Shown in pieces: positions 60,650-64,000 of a stretch of DNA of 64,000 nt. Both the position numbers and the translations under genes were made by a program. Under the pieces are notes generated by a model that saw only the letters and a program-made list of their open reading frames with translations, made no database searches and was not told the DNA's origin. This stretch comes from Bryobacterales bacterium (lineage in GTDB: Bacteria > Acidobacteriota > Terriglobia > Bryobacterales > UBA6623). The first letter of the stretch is position 1; the number at the start of each line of letters is the position of its first letter. Where the stretch lies: contig OY729427.2 of assembly GCA_963422375.2 (NCBI GenBank), positions 736,001-800,000 on the forward strand. The letters are read 5' to 3'.

Positions 60650-62330
60650 AGGCGAGCTCGAAGAGCGCGGGCTCTGCCTGCACGTCCCGGGCTGCGTCGA
60701 CTGCAAGGCCAGGCTGGTCGACGTGCAGGAGACCTACGTCCACGCCGCGGCTGCGATCCGCTCGCATGCGCAGTCGCTGCCGGAGCAGCCGGCCCAGATG
60801 CAGAGGCTGCGCGAGCGCCTCGCGGTCGAGTCGGCCCTGCTATCCGCCCACCTTTCCACCGAAGACCTGCTGCTCTCGCTCGAAGGCGGGCTCTCCGACG
60901 CAGGGCTGGCGCACCACGCGGTGTGCGTCGCCTGCCAGGACCGGGCAGCCGACATCCACGTGAAGCTGGCCGAGATCGAAGTGGAGATCCACAGGCAGTT
61001 CGCCACCGAAGTGCCATCCGAGCGTCGGGCAGCCGCCCTGGCTGCGCTTCGGGTGCGACTCGCGGCCGAGGTCGAGCGACGCGCCGTCGCGACTTCGCCG
61101 GTACCGCGCTGGCGGCCCCGGTTCAGCCTGCCTAGGCTCGTCCCGCTTCGCACGCCCGCGTTCGCCTCGTACGCGGGCGCGCTCGCGATGACTTGCCTGG
61201 CCGCTTGGCTAGGCTTCTCCCTGTCGGTCAGCAGCGTGGTCCCCGCGCCCGAGTCCATCGCGCGGCTGGAAGCGCCCCAGGCGCCCGCAATTGCTCGCAC
61301 GCTGCCAGCCGCTGCCGCGCCCGCGGCGCAGGCGCCGCGACGCTTCAAGGGAGTGCGGCCGGCCGTCCTGTCCGCTCCGCCCGCGCCGGCACCGATCTCG
61401 GGGGACGCGCCCCCGGACCTCGTTCCGGCCGTCGGCCAACCTTATCTGCTGGCGCTCGACCTGCAGAACGTGACGCCCCGCCCGCATCGGCCGCCTGCCT
61501 GGCCCGAGCCCGCGAGCGTCCCGGTCTCCACCCAGCCCGCAGACTCGCTCGATTCGGTCGTGGAAGGCACCTGGAGACTCGCCCGGACGGGCTACTGGAA
61601 GATGGGCCTGCGCGCCGGCGGCGCCGGCGGCACCATCCGCTTCAGCGGGCCGGTCGCCACGGAGAGCGAACGCCTAGCCGCCGAGAAGGCGCTGCTGGCA
61701 GTCGCCGACGGCTGGCCCGTCGAATTCGCCTTTTCGGTGCAGCGTCCGGCAGCGGCCCCGGACGACACCTGGGCGGTCCCCGCGCTCGGCCGGGGACGCC
61801 AGGCCGGCGGCTTGGTCCGCAACTCCCTCCTGGAGCACTACGCCGACGCGGCGCGACGCTCGTTCGTGCAGGTCGGCCCGGGGCTGCTCGAGAACGAACT
61901 GGACCGCTACGTTAGCGGCGTGCTTCGGCACGACGGGGAGCTGCTCTCCCACGCTCACGCGCTCCGCGAGCTGCTGAGCCGGCCCGGCATCGAAGGAATG
62001 CAGCGCACCGATGCGTTCCGCCAGGTGGTGCGCTTCCACCTAGACGGTATTTCGAGGCACGAAAAGGGCATCTACGACCGGCTCAGCGAAGCGCTGCCCA
62101 GGCGCTACTGGGCGTATAGCAGCGGGAATCCGGTCACCCCGGAGATGGCCAGCCTAGGCTCCGCCGGCTCGGCACTGGTCAGGGACTGCCTCGCGCTGGA
62201 CCGCGCCCTGAACGGGTTGCTGCTCGGCGGCAGTGAGTCCTTGGACGCCGGGGAGAGCAATCTCTCCAGCGCGAGCCTGCTGGCTCGCGTGCGCCAGCAC
62301 GCACGCCGGCTCAGAGCGGCAGTTCGCTAG
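60609..62330 (+). CDS. Membrane anti-sigma factor with two zinc-binding (H..HxxxCxxC) domains, a TM helix, Pro-rich linker and BON-like periplasmic segment
   Basis: HLTTEEL..HVPGCVDC and HLSTEDL..HHAVCVAC; TM ASYAGALAMTCLAAWLGFSLSV; GTIRFSGPVATESERLAAE. Overlaps the sigma gene. Confidence 0.78.
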   Translation: MRHLTTEELLLYAEGELEERGLCLHVPGCVDCKARLVDVQETYVHAAAAIRSHAQSLPEQPAQMQRLRERLAVESALLSAHLSTEDLLLSLEGGLSDAGLAHHAVCVACQDRAADIHVKLAEIEVEIHRQFATEVPSERRAAALAALRVRLAAEVERRAVATSPVPRWRPRFSLPRLVPLRTPAFASYAGALAMTCLAAWLGFSLSVSSVVPAPESIARLEAPQAPAIARTLPAAAAPAAQAPRRFKGVRPAVLSAPPAPAPISGDAPPDLVPAVGQPYLLALDLQNVTPRPHRPPAWPEPASVPVSTQPADSLDSVVEGTWRLARTGYWKMGLRAGGAGGTIRFSGPVATESERLAAEKALLAVADGWPVEFAFSVQRPAAAPDDTWAVPALGRGRQAGGLVRNSLLEHYADAARRSFVQVGPGLLENELDRYVSGVLRHDGELLSHAHALRELLSRPGIEGMQRTDAFRQVVRFHLDGISRHEKGIYDRLSEALPRRYWAYSSGNPVTPEMASLGSAGSALVRDCLALDRALNGLLLGGSESLDAGESNLSSASLLARVRQHARRLRAAVR

Positions 62331-62461
62331 CGGCTTCTGAACGCGTCGAACGCAGTTCTTGACATGTTCCGCAGCCGCACGACAGCGAGCCACAGGTGCC
62401 TCGCCCTAGAGCCAGTGGCAGCGTAAGTCGCATTTCGACAGCGCAGCTTCTGCCGCCAGCC

Positions 62462-62487
62462 GGAACACGCCCGTATGGACCTCGTCT
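62462..62487 (+). promoter_or_regulatory. Putative ECF-type promoter GGAAC-N16-CGTCT
   Basis: AAC in -35 and CGT in -10 at typical ECF spacing, about 120 nt upstream of the receptor start. Confidence 0.55.
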
Positions 62488-62608
62488 CTGTGCGGCCGTG
62501 CCGGCTGTACAAGCGGTACAACTAGCCGCGGGAAGAGCGCGAGACCGCATGGGCGGATCAGCCGGAGTCCGCAATGACGATTGGCGCGCTGAGTAGACTG
62601 AGAGTACC

Positions 62609-64000
62609 GTGCGCTACGCGCTCCAGTGTGGCTGCGTAGCAACGCTGCTGTCAGCGGCCCTCGTCGGCGCGCCCGCCGCGCAAGCGCACGAGGTGTCCGG
62701 TCGCGTGCTGGACGAGCGCCAGGAATTCCTGGCAGGGGTCGAAGTCCAGCTGATCAATCTCGCCAGCGCGGAAGTGCTGCGCCGCAGCTCGGGGCGGGAC
62801 GGCACCTTCCGGTTCGCGAACGTCCTTTCCGGGAAGTACTCGCTGGCGCTCCTCCACGCACGCTACACGGCCTGGCGCAGCGCGCCATTCGAGGTGCTGC
62901 CGGGGATTCCCGTCGCGTTTCCCCCGATCTCAATGCGCCCCATGCAGCGGGCCCTGACGCGGCCCCGGTCCGGGCTGGAAGAGATGGCCGTCGAGTACGG
63001 TTTGGCCCGCGAGCAGATCGAGACGCTGCCCGTGGTCATCGGCTCGGACGGGCGGACGGCGGTGGACAAGCTGCTCCACCTGGTGCCGGGGCTGACCTCG
63101 GTCAAGGCGCTGGACGTCGACCCGTTCACCGGCCGCGCGGGAGCGGTCTCCGCCAACGGCTCGCGGAGCTCGTTCATCAACTACAAGCTCGACGGAGCCT
63201 CGAACAACGCCCAGAACCGCATCACCGGGGCGCAGGCCGCGACCCTCGGGCCCGTCCCGGAAGCGATCGAGTCGCTGCAAGTGATCACCCACACCTACTC
63301 GGCCAGCGAGGGACGCAACGCGGGGGCGGTCGTGTCCCCGCAGTTCCGCTCCGGCGGGGGCCAGTGGCACGGGGAGGCGCGCGGGTACATGCGCCCGGCG
63401 TGGAACCAGTCCTTCGGCGCCTTCGACGGCTCCCGCGACCGCGTGGCCGGCTGGGCCGGGGGGGCCCAGGCGGGCGGGCCTCTGTGGCCCCGCGCCAAGC
63501 TTTACGCGTTCGCCGACGCCGAGGCCTGGATCACGCGCCGCCGCCACGAATCCCTCCGGCGGGTGCTTAGCGACAACGAGCGGTCGGGTAACTTCTTCGG
63601 ATTCGACAGGTCCCCGACGGACCCCCTCGGCGGGCGGGAATTCCCAAACGGGCGGATCCCGGCGCACCGGCTCGACCCGCTCATGCAGAGCTATCTCGAC
63701 GCGCTCGTCCCGCGAGCGAACCTAGCGGGAGGCTGGCTGCAATTCCGGGAGAGGCTGACGAGCCACGGCCAGGTGGGCCTGGCGCGAATTGATCGCCGCT
63801 CCGAGGCGCTGTCCCACTACCTGAGCCACTACATCTACACCAACCGGGTGCAGGAACCGACGGTGGAAAAGTTCACGACCCCTCCGGGCACGGTAACGAA
63901 GCGGCGCCAGGTCTCGAACCACTCGCAGTACATGGCCACCCACTCGCCGACACCTTGGTTCGTGCATTCGCTGCGACTGGCCATGCAGCGCCTGTCGAGC
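62609..64000 (+). CDS. TonB-dependent receptor, Oar-like (partial; runs off the window, absent from the ORF track)
   Basis: Hand translation: MRYALQCGCVATLLSAALVGAPAAQA-HEVSGRVLDE..GTFRFANV..GKYSL..SANGSRSSFINYKLDGASNN..EAIESLQV.T..YSASEGRNAG..RSGG. Confidence 0.88.
   Translation, partial: MRYALQCGCVATLLSAALVGAPAAQAHEVSGRVLDERQEFLAGVEVQLINLASAEVLRRSSGRDGTFRFANVLSGKYSLALLHARYTAWRSAPFEVLPGIPVAFPPISMRPMQRALTRPRSGLEEMAVEYGLAREQIETLPVVIGSDGRTAVDKLLHLVPGLTSVKALDVDPFTGRAGAVSANGSRSSFINYKLDGASNNAQNRITGAQAATLGPVPEAIESLQVITHTYSASEGRNAGAVVSPQFRSGGGQWHGEARGYMRPAWNQSFGAFDGSRDRVAGWAGGAQAGGPLWPRAKLYAFADAEAWITRRRHESLRRVLSDNERSGNFFGFDRSPTDPLGGREFPNGRIPAHRLDPLMQSYLDALVPRANLAGGWLQFRERLTSHGQVGLARIDRRSEALSHYLSHYIYTNRVQEPTVEKFTTPPGTVTKRRQVSNHSQYMATHSPTPWFVHSLRLAMQRLSS

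Overview
A GC-rich (roughly 70% by eye) bacterial chromosomal segment, most consistent with Acidobacteriota of the Bryobacterales/Solibacter type. This is inferred from three Oar-type TonB-dependent receptors, a TIGR03437-like domain protein and two PSD1 + DUF1501 gene pairs. Housekeeping genes: metX, tsaB, topA, a polyprenyl synthetase, ttcA, ymdB and purC. Accessory content: two sulfatases, two Tat-signal Gfo/Idh/MocA oxidoreductases, an ACP-FAAL-acyltransferase fusion, a three-subunit xanthine-dehydrogenase-family molybdoenzyme, and a pcaDCHGB operon divergent from a marR-P450-small membrane protein-SSS operon. At the right end is an ECF sigma / tandem-zinc-finger anti-sigma / TonB receptor module with an ECF-type promoter. 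There are three decayed IS elements (ISNCY-like, IS1595 with perfect 24-bp TIRs and an 8-bp TSD, and IS1380), a frameshifted TonB receptor and a PPC-like pseudogene. Best candidates for undescribed biology: (i) the P450-fed protocatechuate uptake/catabolism module; (ii) the ECF/double-ZAS anti-sigma/TBDR signalling module; (iii) an apparently AT->GC-directed decay signature shared by the dead genes. I recognised no rRNA, tRNA or CRISPR array. All family calls come from motif recognition by eye, not database searches.
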